A DNA stretch of 64,000 bases from Chthoniobacteraceae bacterium (GCA_044347165.1 JBIIXW010000268.1:15965-79964); one strand, 5' to 3'; positions 52,613-63,269 are shown, numbered from the stretch's first letter. The notes: generated by a model from the letters alone, not told the origin. Numbers and translations: made by a program.

Positions 52613-55375
52613 TCAGGACAGGGATGCAACCAGTCGAGCGAGGTCGGCCTGTTTCGCAAGCCAATCCGCCTCGCGTTGCCGATGTTCCTCCACAACTGCG
52701 GCAGGAGCGCCATCGACGAAACTGGGGCTGGAAAGTTTGGACCGAACTTTTTGAAGTTCAGATTCGATTTTCGCCAGTTCTTTGGAGAGGCGCTCTTTCT
52801 CTGCCGCTACGTCAATCAGACCTTCCAGCGGAAGGTGCAAGGCTCCGAAAGGCGTGAGCGAGGCAGGAGTGCCTTTTGGCGGAACCCAGCCCGCATCAAC
52901 CACCTCGAATGGATCGGCATTTAACAAAATCGCCACGCCGTCAGATTCCTCTTTCGTGAGTGCGGTTGACGCTGCCAAAACAAATCGCGCCTTTCGGTGC
53001 GACGGAATGTTGAAGTCACGCCGCAAGCCACGCCCCGCTACCACGACTTCGAACCGGCGTTCCGCGCGTAATTCGTCCTCTGGCGAGAGGCCATAGTGGG
53101 CAAGGAAGTCCTCGTCAAATGCCGCAGGCCACACCGCTGATTGGATGGAGGTGCCGCCCTGATCCTTCGGCAAATCAAGGCTGTATCCCATCGAGTTCCA
53201 CAGCTCTTCTGTGATGAATGGAAGGAACGGATGGAATAGTCGCAACGTGTGCGAAAGGATGAAGTCAATGACCGCAAGCGTGTTGGACTTCAGTGCTGCA
53301 TCCGACCCGTTCAGGACGGACTTCGAGGTTTCGATGTAGCGGTCACAGTACTCGTTCCAGAAGAAGCGGTAGAGCGATTGGGCTGCGTCGGAGAAACGGT
53401 ATGAGTCGAGCGCTTCGGATACTTCACGAATCGCGCGGTCCAGCCTCAGAAGAATCCATTTGTCGTCTCCGGTCAGCAGGGCGGGCGTGATGTCGCTTTC
53501 GGTTTCGCCGCCTTGCATTTGTCTGAACCGTGCCGCGTTCCAGAGCTTTGTGCAGAAGTTGCGGCCCAGTTCGACGTTCTTCTCGTCGAAAAGCACGTCC
53601 TGCCCGAGTGGCGCGCTTCGCATGACGCCGAAGCGCAGCGCGTCTGCGCCGTAGCGAGCAATGAGGTCGAGCGGATCGGGCGAGTTGCCGAGAGATTTCG
53701 ACATTTTGCGACCCTGTTTGTCGCGAATGATGCCGGTGAAGTAGACGTTCCGGAACGGAAGCGTCCCTGTGTACTCGAAGCCGGCCATGATCATCCGAGC
53801 GACCCAGAAGAAGATGATGTCCGGACCCGTGACGAGGTCGGTGGTGGGATGAAACGCTTTCAGCGTGGCGGTTTCCTCCGGCCAGCCCATGGTGGCGAAC
53901 GGCCAGAGCCATGACGAAAACCACGTGTCGAGGACATCGGGGTCTTGTCTCCATTCTGGGGAGTTCGGGGTGGTGAGGGAGCTGAAAGCAATGGAACCGT
54001 CCTCGAGTTCGCGGAGGGATTCTGCACTCACTTCAATGCCGAGGCTCACGAGGGACGCACGAGCAGCGGCGAGGTCCGTGCCGCTGAAGTAGTGTACGGG
54101 GATTTGGTGGCCCCACCAGAGCTGGCGGGAAATGCACCAATCCTGAATGTTTTCCATCCAGTGGTCATAGACTTTTGCCCAGCGTTCGGGGAAGAAACGC
54201 ATCTCGCCGGAGCTCACGACCTTCCGCGCTGCTTCCACGGAAGGGTAACGAAGGAACCACTGCCGGCTGGGGCGTGGTTCGATGGGTACATCGGCGCGTT
54301 CGGAGAAGCCCACGTTGTTGGCATGGGGTTCTTCTTTGTCGAGGAGTCCCATTTGTTTGAGCAACTCGACGGCGGCTTTGCGGGCTTCGAAACGGTCCAG
54401 ACCGGCAAGTCCTTCTCCGGCGAGCTCGGTCATTTTTCCCGCTTCATCAATGACTTCGGGAGTGCCGAGTCCGTGGCGAAGACCGATTTCGAAATCGGCT
54501 TTATCATGGGCAGGGGTGACTTTGAGAACGCCGGTTCCGAACTCAAACTCGACGTGATCGTCTGCCACGATGGGAATCCGGCGTTGTTCATCGGGCACAT
54601 TGATGGGTAGCGGACGCAGGGCGTGGAGTCCGATAAACTCCTTGTAGCGAGGGTCGTTCGGGTTGACCGCGATGGCGGTGTCACCGGGGATGGTTTCCGG
54701 ACGCGTGGTTGCGATGGTGAGGAACGTTCCGGGGCGTTCGGCGATGGGGACGCGGAAATGGTAGAGGAAGCCGTTTTGCGGCTTCAGCACCACCTCTTCG
54801 TCGGACAACGCGGTGCGTGAAACGGGGCACCAGTTCACCATGCGTTTCCCTCGGTAGATGAGCCCCTTCTGGAAGAGGTCGACGAACACGCGTCGCACGC
54901 ACTCTGAGTAGGCGGGATCCATCGTGAACCGTTCGCGATCCCAGTCGCAGGAGGCTCCCAGTTTGCGGAGTTGCTGGGTGATGATGCCTCCGTACTTTTC
55001 TTTCCATTCCCACACCTTTTCGAGGAAGCGTTCGCGGCCGAGGTCGTCGCGGTGGCGGATTTCTCCGGACTTCTTGAGCGTTCGTTCCACCACGGTTTGG
55101 GTCGCGATTCCCGCGTGGTCCGTTCCGGGGAGCCAGAGCACTTCGAGCCCTTTCATGCGCGCTCGGCGGGCGAGGATGTCCTGGATGGTGTTATTGAGGA
55201 CGTGGCCGAGGGTTAGGACGCCGGTGACGTTTGGAGGGGGGATGACGATGGAGTACGCTTTTCTGCGATCCGAGACGGCTTCTGGACGTGCGGTGAAGGC
55301 CTTGTTTTCAAGCCAGAGCGCGTACCATTTTTCTTCGATGCTCTGGGGTTCGTAGGTTTTGGGAAGCTCGGACAT
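52613..55375 (-). CDS. valS: Valine--tRNA ligase
   Basis: 920 aa from ATG at 55375 (MSELPKTYEPQSIEEKWY). 'PPPNVTGVLTLGH', 'KMSKSLGN' and a C-terminal coiled coil. Confidence 0.95.
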   Translation of the reverse strand: MSELPKTYEPQSIEEKWYALWLENKAFTARPEAVSDRRKAYSIVIPPPNVTGVLTLGHVLNNTIQDILARRARMKGLEVLWLPGTDHAGIATQTVVERTLKKSGEIRHRDDLGRERFLEKVWEWKEKYGGIITQQLRKLGASCDWDRERFTMDPAYSECVRRVFVDLFQKGLIYRGKRMVNWCPVSRTALSDEEVVLKPQNGFLYHFRVPIAERPGTFLTIATTRPETIPGDTAIAVNPNDPRYKEFIGLHALRPLPINVPDEQRRIPIVADDHVEFEFGTGVLKVTPAHDKADFEIGLRHGLGTPEVIDEAGKMTELAGEGLAGLDRFEARKAAVELLKQMGLLDKEEPHANNVGFSERADVPIEPRPSRQWFLRYPSVEAARKVVSSGEMRFFPERWAKVYDHWMENIQDWCISRQLWWGHQIPVHYFSGTDLAAARASLVSLGIEVSAESLRELEDGSIAFSSLTTPNSPEWRQDPDVLDTWFSSWLWPFATMGWPEETATLKAFHPTTDLVTGPDIIFFWVARMIMAGFEYTGTLPFRNVYFTGIIRDKQGRKMSKSLGNSPDPLDLIARYGADALRFGVMRSAPLGQDVLFDEKNVELGRNFCTKLWNAARFRQMQGGETESDITPALLTGDDKWILLRLDRAIREVSEALDSYRFSDAAQSLYRFFWNEYCDRYIETSKSVLNGSDAALKSNTLAVIDFILSHTLRLFHPFLPFITEELWNSMGYSLDLPKDQGGTSIQSAVWPAAFDEDFLAHYGLSPEDELRAERRFEVVVAGRGLRRDFNIPSHRKARFVLAASTALTKEESDGVAILLNADPFEVVDAGWVPPKGTPASLTPFGALHLPLEGLIDVAAEKERLSKELAKIESELQKVRSKLSSPSFVDGAPAAVVEEHRQREADWLAKQADLARLVASLS

Positions 55376-55526
55376 AGTAGGCAAACCAAGAAGCTTGGGC
55401 GGAAACAGGGGTTCGTCGAAGGAGAAAATAGGGGTCATCGGCGAGATAGGGCGGGCTGAACGCAGGAAGAGGGGATTTTCACGCTTGAAACTGCGGGCTC
55501 TCGGTGAAAGCCTCACCGCTCTTCGT

Positions 55527-55603
55527 CGGGCCGTAGTTCAGCTTGGTAGAACGCTTGAATGGGGTTCAAGAGGTCGTGGGTTCGAATCCCGCCGGCCCGA
55601 CCA
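55527..55603 (+). tRNA. tRNA-Pro (anticodon GGG)
   Basis: Full cloverleaf read by hand: CGGGCCG TA GTTC AGCTTGGTA GAAC G CTTGA ATGGGGT TCAAG AGGTC GTGGG TTCGAAT CCCGC CGGCCCG A CCA (77 nt). Confidence 0.9.
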
Positions 55604-55917
55604 CTCTGATTTGTCTGCTAGGAAAGTGCTTTTGCGCCGCCGCAGCGGGAATGGTTAGAACTGGGACAGGCGTCGGGGAGTGCGGGGGCCTGTTTCTGAG
55701 TGTCTTAGGGCTTTGAACTCCAAGTTTCCTTTCGAGATTATTTACTGGGAGAGAGAGAATGTGGGTTTAGCGTACTCGGTGTTTCACTGTTCTCAAAAAC
55801 CCGTATAAACGGAAATGCCGCATCGCAGTATTTTTGTTATCAACACCTTAGGTGAGTTGCCTCTTAACTCTCCGTGGGTTACAGCAACGATTACGCCGGC
55901 TGAGCGTGCTCATTGTG

Positions 55918-57261
55918 TCAGCGTTTCAAGGGCACACTTGCCCATGCTCTCTTCTCCACGCCAGACCTCGCGTCAAACGCCCAAATCATTCCGTCCATCC
56001 CCGCCACCGCCACCTCCTCACGTCGTGGATGCATTGCGACCCCGAACAACGGCGTTCCGTTTGTTTTCAACGTGGCGACCTTCTTGGCATCGGACACCGT
56101 AAAAACGCGCGCCTCACCCCGTTGCGAAACCACGGCCAACAACTGTCCCGCATGATCGAACGCAATGGCCGAAATGGATCCGCTCCCGCGCGGAATCTCT
56201 CGGACAAAACTCAGCTCCTTGTTGTCCCCCTCTGCCAAGCGGCCGCCTCGCGGCTCCATCCGATGTAAAAGAACCTGCCCGTCCACACTTCCCGACGCCA
56301 CGAGATCTTGGCTCGGATGACGAGACACGCAGGTCAAGGGAGAGCGCGGCACATTCACATCATCAATCAATCGGCCCGTTTCCACCTCAATCAGCTTCAG
56401 CGCACGATCTCGGGACGCCGAAACCACGCGTGTTCCATCGCGCGTAAACGCCGTCGCAAACACCCAATCAATGTGATTGTCACAGCGCATCCGTTCCTCA
56501 CCGGTCTCCACGGAGAAGACCCGAACGAGCTTGTCCGCACACCCGACAGCCACCTGCTTTTCGTCGTCTGAAAACGTTACCCCATGCACCACATCGGACG
56601 ACGTGCGAATGGAACGCACCAGAACCGCGCGCGCCATGTCCCAAATTTGGATTTCACCAAACTCCGAAGGAGACCCTCCTGACACGGCCAACAGACTCCC
56701 AGAACCCGAAAACGCCACGGACTCCACGCGCGCGGAGTCTCCCATGAGGCGATGAGCGGGCACATCCTCGCCATCGCGAAACACCAGCACTTCGCGGTGC
56801 GCCGCAACCGCAAGGACGTCGCCTGCTGGAGACCACGCCAATGCCGAAACCACTGGCAACCGCTCGTAAACCGGCGCTGTACGCCCGTTCGCCGACTGCG
56901 TTGCGTTCGTGTCATCGACTGCGCCCTCGGCAATCCATCGGGTCAGGAGTGCGAGTTCTTCCGCTAAGATTGGTTCACCTTCCTCTGGCATCGTTGGCGC
57001 GGCGCCTGACACATCCTGAATCAAGCGACTGCGCTCCGGTTTTCCTGCCACCACCGTTTCCCCATGCTTCCCGCCCCGTATCAGCCCGGCGTGCGTCGTC
57101 ACATCTAGCCCACCTTTGTCCTTCGTCGGCTTGTGACACGCCACACAGTTTGCTCGAAGAATGGGTTGAATCTGGTGACGAAAACTCACCGGGGCCGACT
57201 GCACAAAGCCACCTAAAACCCACAAGATCAATCCCGCATTGAAAGTTGCGCTTGGCTTCAT
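55918..57261 (-). CDS. Planctomycete-type cytochrome c (PSCyt1) + WD40-repeat protein
   Basis: 447 aa. 'ANCVACHKPTKDKGGLDVT' followed by WD40-like repeats ('VAFSGSGSLLAVSGG...IQIWD', 'ADKLVRVFS'). Confidence 0.7.
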   Translation of the reverse strand: MKPSATFNAGLILWVLGGFVQSAPVSFRHQIQPILRANCVACHKPTKDKGGLDVTTHAGLIRGGKHGETVVAGKPERSRLIQDVSGAAPTMPEEGEPILAEELALLTRWIAEGAVDDTNATQSANGRTAPVYERLPVVSALAWSPAGDVLAVAAHREVLVFRDGEDVPAHRLMGDSARVESVAFSGSGSLLAVSGGSPSEFGEIQIWDMARAVLVRSIRTSSDVVHGVTFSDDEKQVAVGCADKLVRVFSVETGEERMRCDNHIDWVFATAFTRDGTRVVSASRDRALKLIEVETGRLIDDVNVPRSPLTCVSRHPSQDLVASGSVDGQVLLHRMEPRGGRLAEGDNKELSFVREIPRGSGSISAIAFDHAGQLLAVVSQRGEARVFTVSDAKKVATLKTNGTPLFGVAMHPRREEVAVAGMDGMIWAFDARSGVEKRAWASVPLKR

Positions 57262-58037
57262 CGCATTCGCTTCAACAGGAGTTCATACCCGCACCACACA
57301 GCGCCTCGATCGGCTGCATCGCTCACGACAACGTAGTGCGGGCCGGGGCGACGCACCTCGACTTTCACCAAGGAATCATTCCCCGAGACCGCATTCGCAG
57401 ATGCCAGCAACCGCCGCTCGCCATCGAAAACGGACACTACCCCATCCAAAAGCGACGCGCGAGTGCCCGCGGACAATGTCACCTCAAAACGGTCTCCCGC
57501 ATTTGCCTCAAACGTGAAGACATCGACATCTTTGTCGGCATGTACGACCCCGAGCATGGGGCGCCCTTCTGCGAGAGGATTCGCCTCGTTGAATGCGTTG
57601 TTCGGCTCCCGCTCATTGGCCGTGTCCGCTGCGGAGCGTACCGGCAAAATGACTGATTCGCTCCGCGCAGCATCACACTGGACAGCCACGGGCAACAATC
57701 CCCATGCAGGAGGCGCTGGCACGACAAGTTCCGCCTCGAATTGAAGATCACCAACATCCTTCATCTCCAGACCCTTGGGAACTTCCGCCGCTTTGCGCTC
57801 TGTTAACCGGACGGGCGCCAACCCCGTCCCCGGAAAAACCAACTCTCGTGCTGTGGCCAGATTCAGTCCTAAAACACGAATCTTGATCTTCCCTCCTGCC
57901 ATCACCGCATTCGGAACCAGCGCCGTGATCGTTGGTTGCGCTCGCACCGCGCGACTCTGTGCGTTGCCGAAGGAAAGCAACCCCATGCTTAACACCAGAC
58001 CGACACTCCATCTCACCAATTTCAGATGGTGGCTCAT
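57258..58037 (-). CDS. Secreted protein with a pre-peptidase C-terminal (PPC)-like domain
   Basis: 259 aa with a signal peptide. 'EREPNNAFNEANPLAEGRPMLGVVHADKDVDVFTFEANAGDRFEVTL'. Overlaps both neighbouring genes by 4 nt. Confidence 0.55.
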   Translation of the reverse strand: MSHHLKLVRWSVGLVLSMGLLSFGNAQSRAVRAQPTITALVPNAVMAGGKIKIRVLGLNLATARELVFPGTGLAPVRLTERKAAEVPKGLEMKDVGDLQFEAELVVPAPPAWGLLPVAVQCDAARSESVILPVRSAADTANEREPNNAFNEANPLAEGRPMLGVVHADKDVDVFTFEANAGDRFEVTLSAGTRASLLDGVVSVFDGERRLLASANAVSGNDSLVKVEVRRPGPHYVVVSDAADRGAVWCGYELLLKRMR

Positions 58038-59365
58038 GCGTACAATTCACGTACAGGGCCACCCTCGGAGAGAACCGTGACCGGACGCCCCTCCGGCGTG
58101 AGCAACTCTTTCGCGGGATTGATCCCCAACGCCTCAAAAATCGTCCATGCCACGTCTGCCGGACGCACGGGTCGGTCTGTCACAAACGCCCCATTTTTGT
58201 CCGTTGCCCCTAGCACATGGCCGCGTCGCACACCCGCCCCCGCAAACAAAATGGAACCGGCTCGGCCCCAGTGATCTCGTCCGGCGTCCTTGTTCAACTT
58301 GGGCGTGCGTCCAAACTCGCCCATCACCACCACGAGAGTCTCCTCAAGCAACCCGTGTGCGTCCATATCCTCGAGGAAGGCGGACATTCCCAAATCAAAC
58401 TCGGGCAGTTTTTTATCGAGCCCTTCAAAAATCTTTTTGTGGTGATCCCAGCCTCCGTAATTCACGGAAACAAAGCGCACGCCCGCTTGCACCAATCTCC
58501 GCGCCATCAGGCAGCTTTGCCCAAACTCCGTCCTGCCGTACGCGTCGCGCAACGAATCCGATTCCTTCGCAATATCGAAAGCCGTTTGTGCGGCAGGCGT
58601 GAGGACCATTTCCGCGGCTTTTCGCGAGAAATCGTCGTACGTCAGAATTTGATCGTTCCCCTCAATCCGCGAGGAGAGTCGATCGACTGCCTGCAACAAG
58701 GTTTGACGACGTTTCGCGGTCTCTGGCGTCAACGATTCTGGCCGCACGAGATCGCGAACGCGGAAGTTTTCTTCATTTGGGTTGCCGCACTTAAACGACT
58801 CACATCTACCGCCTAACCATGCGCTTTTGCCAAGTTCCCAGGTGAAGCGAGGGTTTGCTGGAACCGCGACATACGGCGGAACTGCCGCTTGAAATCCCGT
58901 CTCATGCGCCACAACCGACCCGATGGATGGATGGTCGCCAAACGCCGAGCCAAATCGCCCTGATAAGACCCAGTTGGTCGCGGTTTCGTGATGATCGTTC
59001 TCGTGCGTCCCGCTGCGCACTAACGTTAGTCGGTGCATGTTCCGCGCAAGTTTGGGGAGCAGTTCGCAGACTTGCAGACCTGGCACGCTTGTCTGAATCG
59101 AGGCGTATTTTCCGCGAATCTCTTCCACCGCCTCCGGCTTCATATCAAACGAATCATGGTGCGAAATCCCGCCTCCGAGGAATATCAGGACTACCGACTT
59201 CGCGCGTCCCAACCCTGGATTTGCCGCTGCGCTGGCCTGCATTCGGAGTAGCCCCGCCAATGACAATCCCAACGGTGCCAAACCGCCCACTCGCAGAAAG
59301 TTTCTTCGCGAAATCCCGCTGCAAAGCAGACCTCTTTGATGATGAACGAAATCAATCATGACCAA
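58034..59365 (-). CDS. DUF1501-family (sulfatase-fold) protein with a Tat signal
   Basis: 443 aa. 'SRRNFLRVGGLAPLG', 'GGISHHDSFDMKPEA' and 'GRDHWGRAGS'. Confidence 0.8.
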   Translation of the reverse strand: MVMIDFVHHQRGLLCSGISRRNFLRVGGLAPLGLSLAGLLRMQASAAANPGLGRAKSVVLIFLGGGISHHDSFDMKPEAVEEIRGKYASIQTSVPGLQVCELLPKLARNMHRLTLVRSGTHENDHHETATNWVLSGRFGSAFGDHPSIGSVVAHETGFQAAVPPYVAVPANPRFTWELGKSAWLGGRCESFKCGNPNEENFRVRDLVRPESLTPETAKRRQTLLQAVDRLSSRIEGNDQILTYDDFSRKAAEMVLTPAAQTAFDIAKESDSLRDAYGRTEFGQSCLMARRLVQAGVRFVSVNYGGWDHHKKIFEGLDKKLPEFDLGMSAFLEDMDAHGLLEETLVVVMGEFGRTPKLNKDAGRDHWGRAGSILFAGAGVRRGHVLGATDKNGAFVTDRPVRPADVAWTIFEALGINPAKELLTPEGRPVTVLSEGGPVRELYA

Positions 59366-59384
59366 TCACTTGCACTCCTTCACT

Positions 59385-61781
59385 TCAATGGTTGAAAACA
59401 AACTCTTTCGAGTTCAGCAACGCCCAAAACAAATCCGTGAACGCCGCTTTTCGATCTGCACCCACCAACGAAGCTGCCACAGATTCCCGCTCAGCATTCG
59501 TCGGAAGCCGACTGAGTGTCGCCAAAAACAGGCCTTCCACCACGCCGGTATTGTCAGTCCTCGCGAGAAGTCCGTCCAACCGCGCGCCCTCTTTCGTCAG
59601 GCGTGTGTGAAGTTCTTCGCTATTTTTGAGATGCAGCAACTGAGGGAGGGTGACTTCGCCCGCGCGTTCACACGCGCACGCGGTGACACGTTCACTCCTT
59701 CCGAACAAGGAGAGGAAGTAGGACGCCACACTTGGCTCGGCCAACTGCACGGCTCGCAGCCCAACGGGCGTTCCATCGAAGGAAGTCGGCACGCCCGTCG
59801 CCGCATGAAGCGCGTCCAGCAAAACTTCGGCGGGGAGGCGGCGCGCGAAGTAGTGCGAGTAAAACCGGTTATCCATGCGGTTGTCCGAGACGGATTCGCT
59901 GCCCAGTTGGTATGCGCGCGAGTTCAAAATGACGCGCATGAGGTGTTTTAGATCGAATCGATGGTCACGAAATTCTTTCAGCAAGACGGTCCACAACGCT
60001 CCATTCGACGGCGGATTACTCGCCCGCAAGTCATCGACCGGTTCCACCAAACCAATTTGGAAGAAATGCTTCCAAACTCGGTTCACCATCGCCCCGGCGA
60101 AGGCGTCACTTTTCAGCATCCATTCCACGAACGCTTCGCGCGGATCGCCTTCATCACTGATCTCCAACTCGCGCCCGTCCAAGGTGCGCGGCGCTAACAT
60201 TCGGCTTGTTCGCGGTTGAATCACCCCTGGCGCTTTGGTTCGCAACTTCAGCGCTCGATCCATCGCCTCTGCATATTCCTTCTCTTTTGCTCCCAACGTT
60301 TTCTGCGCTTCCACGCCGCCCGGCTCTTCACCGAGACCAGCCAACTCGTCCCGCGTTGCTTGGAGCCGAACTCCCAGTTCGGCCAGCCGCTTTTGCTGCT
60401 CCAACTCATCGGAACCAGCCACCGCAATCTCTGACGGGTAACGCGCGGACGCACCACGCTTCAAAGCCGTTTTCGCGAAAAATGCCGCGAAATGATAAAA
60501 ATCATCCTGTGTGTACTTTTCCAGCGGATGGTTATGACACCGAGCACAACCAATGCGCGTTCCCAAAAAGCTCTGCGCGACGGAATCCGGTAACTCGCTG
60601 TCCTCCACCTTCTTCTTTTCCCCAATGACCGTCACAAAATAACCCACGGCGGGGCGCGAAAATGAATCGCCTGTCGCCAACAAAACGTCCCTTGCGATTC
60701 GATCCCATCCTGCGTTCTCAGCCACCCGCCCGCGTAACCATTCATGAAAAAGCCGAACGCCTTTTGGTCCGCGGACGTCGTGATCTCGTTCTTTTCGATT
60801 TTGCAGCAGGTCTGCCAACTGAAGGGTCCAGTAATCAATCCAAGCAGGGCTACCCAAGAGCTCTTCGACGAACCGAGCCCGCTTGTCCGGTGCTCCATCT
60901 GCCACAAACGCACGAACGCGTTCGGGCGAGGGCAACGCACCCGTTGCGTCCAGGGAAGCGCGTCGCACAAACGCCTCATCATCACAACGCTCCGAAGGCG
61001 GAATGCGAAGATCTTGCAACTTCGCAAACAACGGCTGATCGACCACGGTCGAGCCGCTGGTGTAATCATAGTGCGAAATGTCCGCCGCGAAGGGCGTTGA
61101 GAATCGTGCTACCTCGACGTGTGACTGAAAATGCACTCGGACGACACCTTCACCCGGACGCAGTGCGGTGACCTTGCCCTCGGCTGTTACTTTCACGAGC
61201 GATTCGTCATTTGAAAAAAACTGCGAGAGCCAAGTGACGTCGCGCTGCTGGCCGTCAGAAAACCGCGCTTCGACGTGGAGGTTGACGGTCTCACCGGGCA
61301 CGAGCGATTTTGCTCCTGGCGAAACGGACAACGCCACCACGCTGGGCTCTGTGGCGTCCGGTCCGGGCGCGCGGGCAGCGATCCATTCGAGTAAGGCTGT
61401 CTCGAAGCGGGACCCGGGACGGAACCGAACCCCGCCCTCGTGGGGGAGACGGCCTGTGGACTTTTGAACGAGCAGGCTTTCTTCGGGAAAAGCCGTGTTA
61501 ATGCGGCGGGAGCGTCCTTCGCTGGTGATCCACTCGTGGTCCCACTCCGGGGCAAACCCTCGCAGCGATAGCCGAAATCCATTTTGGCCAGACAACTTCC
61601 CGTGACACCCCCCGGCGTTGCAGCCTGCCTTGGTCAAAATAGGCTCGATCTCTTGGAGGAAAGAAGGCGCGGCTGGTGACGGGCGGGCGCAGCCCAACAG
61701 GACAACCAGACAGATCCACGCGACATCAAAGAGAGCCTTCGTGGAAGCGAGGGTGAAATGGCTCGGGGGCGGACATTTCAT
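59385..61781 (-). CDS. DUF1549/DUF1553 (PSCyt2/PSD1) protein
   Basis: 798 aa. 'GCNAGGCHGK', 'RIGCARCHNHPLEKYTQDDFYHFAAFF' and a C-terminal 'RVTACACERAGEVTLPQLLHL'. Confidence 0.8.
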   Translation of the reverse strand: MKCPPPSHFTLASTKALFDVAWICLVVLLGCARPSPAAPSFLQEIEPILTKAGCNAGGCHGKLSGQNGFRLSLRGFAPEWDHEWITSEGRSRRINTAFPEESLLVQKSTGRLPHEGGVRFRPGSRFETALLEWIAARAPGPDATEPSVVALSVSPGAKSLVPGETVNLHVEARFSDGQQRDVTWLSQFFSNDESLVKVTAEGKVTALRPGEGVVRVHFQSHVEVARFSTPFAADISHYDYTSGSTVVDQPLFAKLQDLRIPPSERCDDEAFVRRASLDATGALPSPERVRAFVADGAPDKRARFVEELLGSPAWIDYWTLQLADLLQNRKERDHDVRGPKGVRLFHEWLRGRVAENAGWDRIARDVLLATGDSFSRPAVGYFVTVIGEKKKVEDSELPDSVAQSFLGTRIGCARCHNHPLEKYTQDDFYHFAAFFAKTALKRGASARYPSEIAVAGSDELEQQKRLAELGVRLQATRDELAGLGEEPGGVEAQKTLGAKEKEYAEAMDRALKLRTKAPGVIQPRTSRMLAPRTLDGRELEISDEGDPREAFVEWMLKSDAFAGAMVNRVWKHFFQIGLVEPVDDLRASNPPSNGALWTVLLKEFRDHRFDLKHLMRVILNSRAYQLGSESVSDNRMDNRFYSHYFARRLPAEVLLDALHAATGVPTSFDGTPVGLRAVQLAEPSVASYFLSLFGRSERVTACACERAGEVTLPQLLHLKNSEELHTRLTKEGARLDGLLARTDNTGVVEGLFLATLSRLPTNAERESVAASLVGADRKAAFTDLFWALLNSKEFVFNH

Positions 61782-62375
61782 AGAGTCAAATACTCACGTT
61801 AGACCGACCAGCGGGGGAAGGGAACTGTTAGGAAGTTGCGTTTTTGGCGGCAGACTCGGAACGAGTGATTTGGAGGAGTGACAGTGGGGAGCGAGGGGGT
61901 CTGCTTCACCCTGTCTGAGTCAACTGGGTAGTACTCCTTTAGCATCCGATGGCGGTTCGCACCGCTGAAGTTGGGGATGTGGTGCGGGTACTCGCGGAAT
62001 GGAGCGATGTCTTCGCCGTCTGGCGGCGGTGTCGCGGTTTGCTGCCCGACTCGAGTGCTGGGCACTTAGGGGCGAAGCAGCGAGTAGCCATCTACAGCTG
62101 AAAGGGCGAGAAAGCGGTTGTCTCGCTCCGGTGGGGCTTATCGAGCGGCCACCAAGGCTTGCTCGTGGTGAGCGAGATTCTTTGGCGAGGTTGCCCGAGG
62201 CTGTCGTGAGGTGCGTCCTTGGGGCACCGGAACTCCCCGATTTCTGCAGCCGCTTTCATGCAAAGTCCGCCCGAATGCCTGCGGGAGCCTGTGGCCATTC
62301 TCGTTTTAGGGGTAAGGTTTACGGCTCGCACGGGGGTGGGGATGGGGCAGACTTTGTGTCGATCCTGTCTGTTTC

Positions 62376-63110
62376 ATGATTCGACTTTCCCAATCTCGAA
62401 ATCTCAAGGTGCTGATGGCGGGTTGGCGTTCTGTGGCCCGGATTTCAGGGCTTGAAGTGACGCAAATGGGCGAGGCGGGTGGTGAGCCGGTATTCCTGTT
62501 AAGTGGAGGTGGCGGCGGCCGTGACGTCTATCTTTCGGCAGGGGTGCACGGGGATGAGCCTGCGGCAGTGTGGGGGTTGTTGGAGTGGGCGCGCGCCTAC
62601 GACTGGTGCGCTCGGGATCTGCGCTTTCTCATTTTTCCCTGTCTAAATCCGTGGGGATTCACTCGAAATGTGCGTCTTGATTTTCGCGGTCGCGATTTGA
62701 ACCGACGGTTTCATGGGGTGCGGGATCCGCTCGTGGTTGCTTGGAGGAGAACCGTTCGGGAGCGGGTGCCGTTGGTCGCATTGTGTTTGCATGAGGATTA
62801 CGACGCGGAGGGATGTTACGCGTACGAACGGAGTGGTGGGGGGCGCGTGTTTTCGCGCGGGGCGCTGCGGGCTGCTGCAGAGCATGTTTCGGTGGATCGG
62901 AGGCGGCTGATTGAGGGGCGGGCTGCGCGGGACGGGTTGGTGCGGCGCCGTGAGGACGGGTCGGATGTGGTGGGGCGTCCGGAGGCGTTGGCGTTGTGGG
63001 ATCTGGGGTGTCCGCTGGCGTTGACGTTTGAGACGCCTTCGGAGCGAGAGTTTGGGTTACGTGTGGCGGCGCATGCTGCGTTTGTCGGGGAGGCGTTGAG
63101 GGTGCTGTGA
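62376..63110 (+). CDS. Succinylglutamate desuccinylase/aspartoacylase (AstE/AspA, M14-like) family protein
   Basis: 244 aa. 'YLSAGVHGDEPAAVWGLLEWA', 'FPCLNPWGF' and 'ALCLHEDYD'. The start codon is uncertain. Confidence 0.6.
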   Translation: MIRLSQSRNLKVLMAGWRSVARISGLEVTQMGEAGGEPVFLLSGGGGGRDVYLSAGVHGDEPAAVWGLLEWARAYDWCARDLRFLIFPCLNPWGFTRNVRLDFRGRDLNRRFHGVRDPLVVAWRRTVRERVPLVALCLHEDYDAEGCYAYERSGGGRVFSRGALRAAAEHVSVDRRRLIEGRAARDGLVRRREDGSDVVGRPEALALWDLGCPLALTFETPSEREFGLRVAAHAAFVGEALRVL

Positions 63111-63269
63111 TCGAATCGCGGGGGGTGTGGGCGCGCGAAGAGGGGTGGGCTTTCTCTGGCAGGGCGATTCTCTCCCGAAGTCACCGAGCGGTGCAGGGGG
63201 GGTAAAACGGCTTTGACAGGGGAGTGGGGGGAACTGACGGTTTCAGGTTGGCCCCCAACTTTTTCTGTT

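Noticed and set aside
47136-55603. The half-tRNA and the intact tRNA-Pro(GGG) as the two ends of an island spanning 47.2-55.5 kb.
   Set aside because: The orientation is wrong: the remnant lies 5' of the intact gene rather than 3'. The anticodon arms differ (CGG versus GGG). The interval also contains valS and cysE.
62100-62270. An RNase P RNA, SRP RNA or tmRNA in the long intergenic region.
   Set aside because: The P RNA-like motifs occur in the reverse order to a real P RNA. No GGAAGG-type SRP core is present, and there is no tRNA-like T arm plus CCA.
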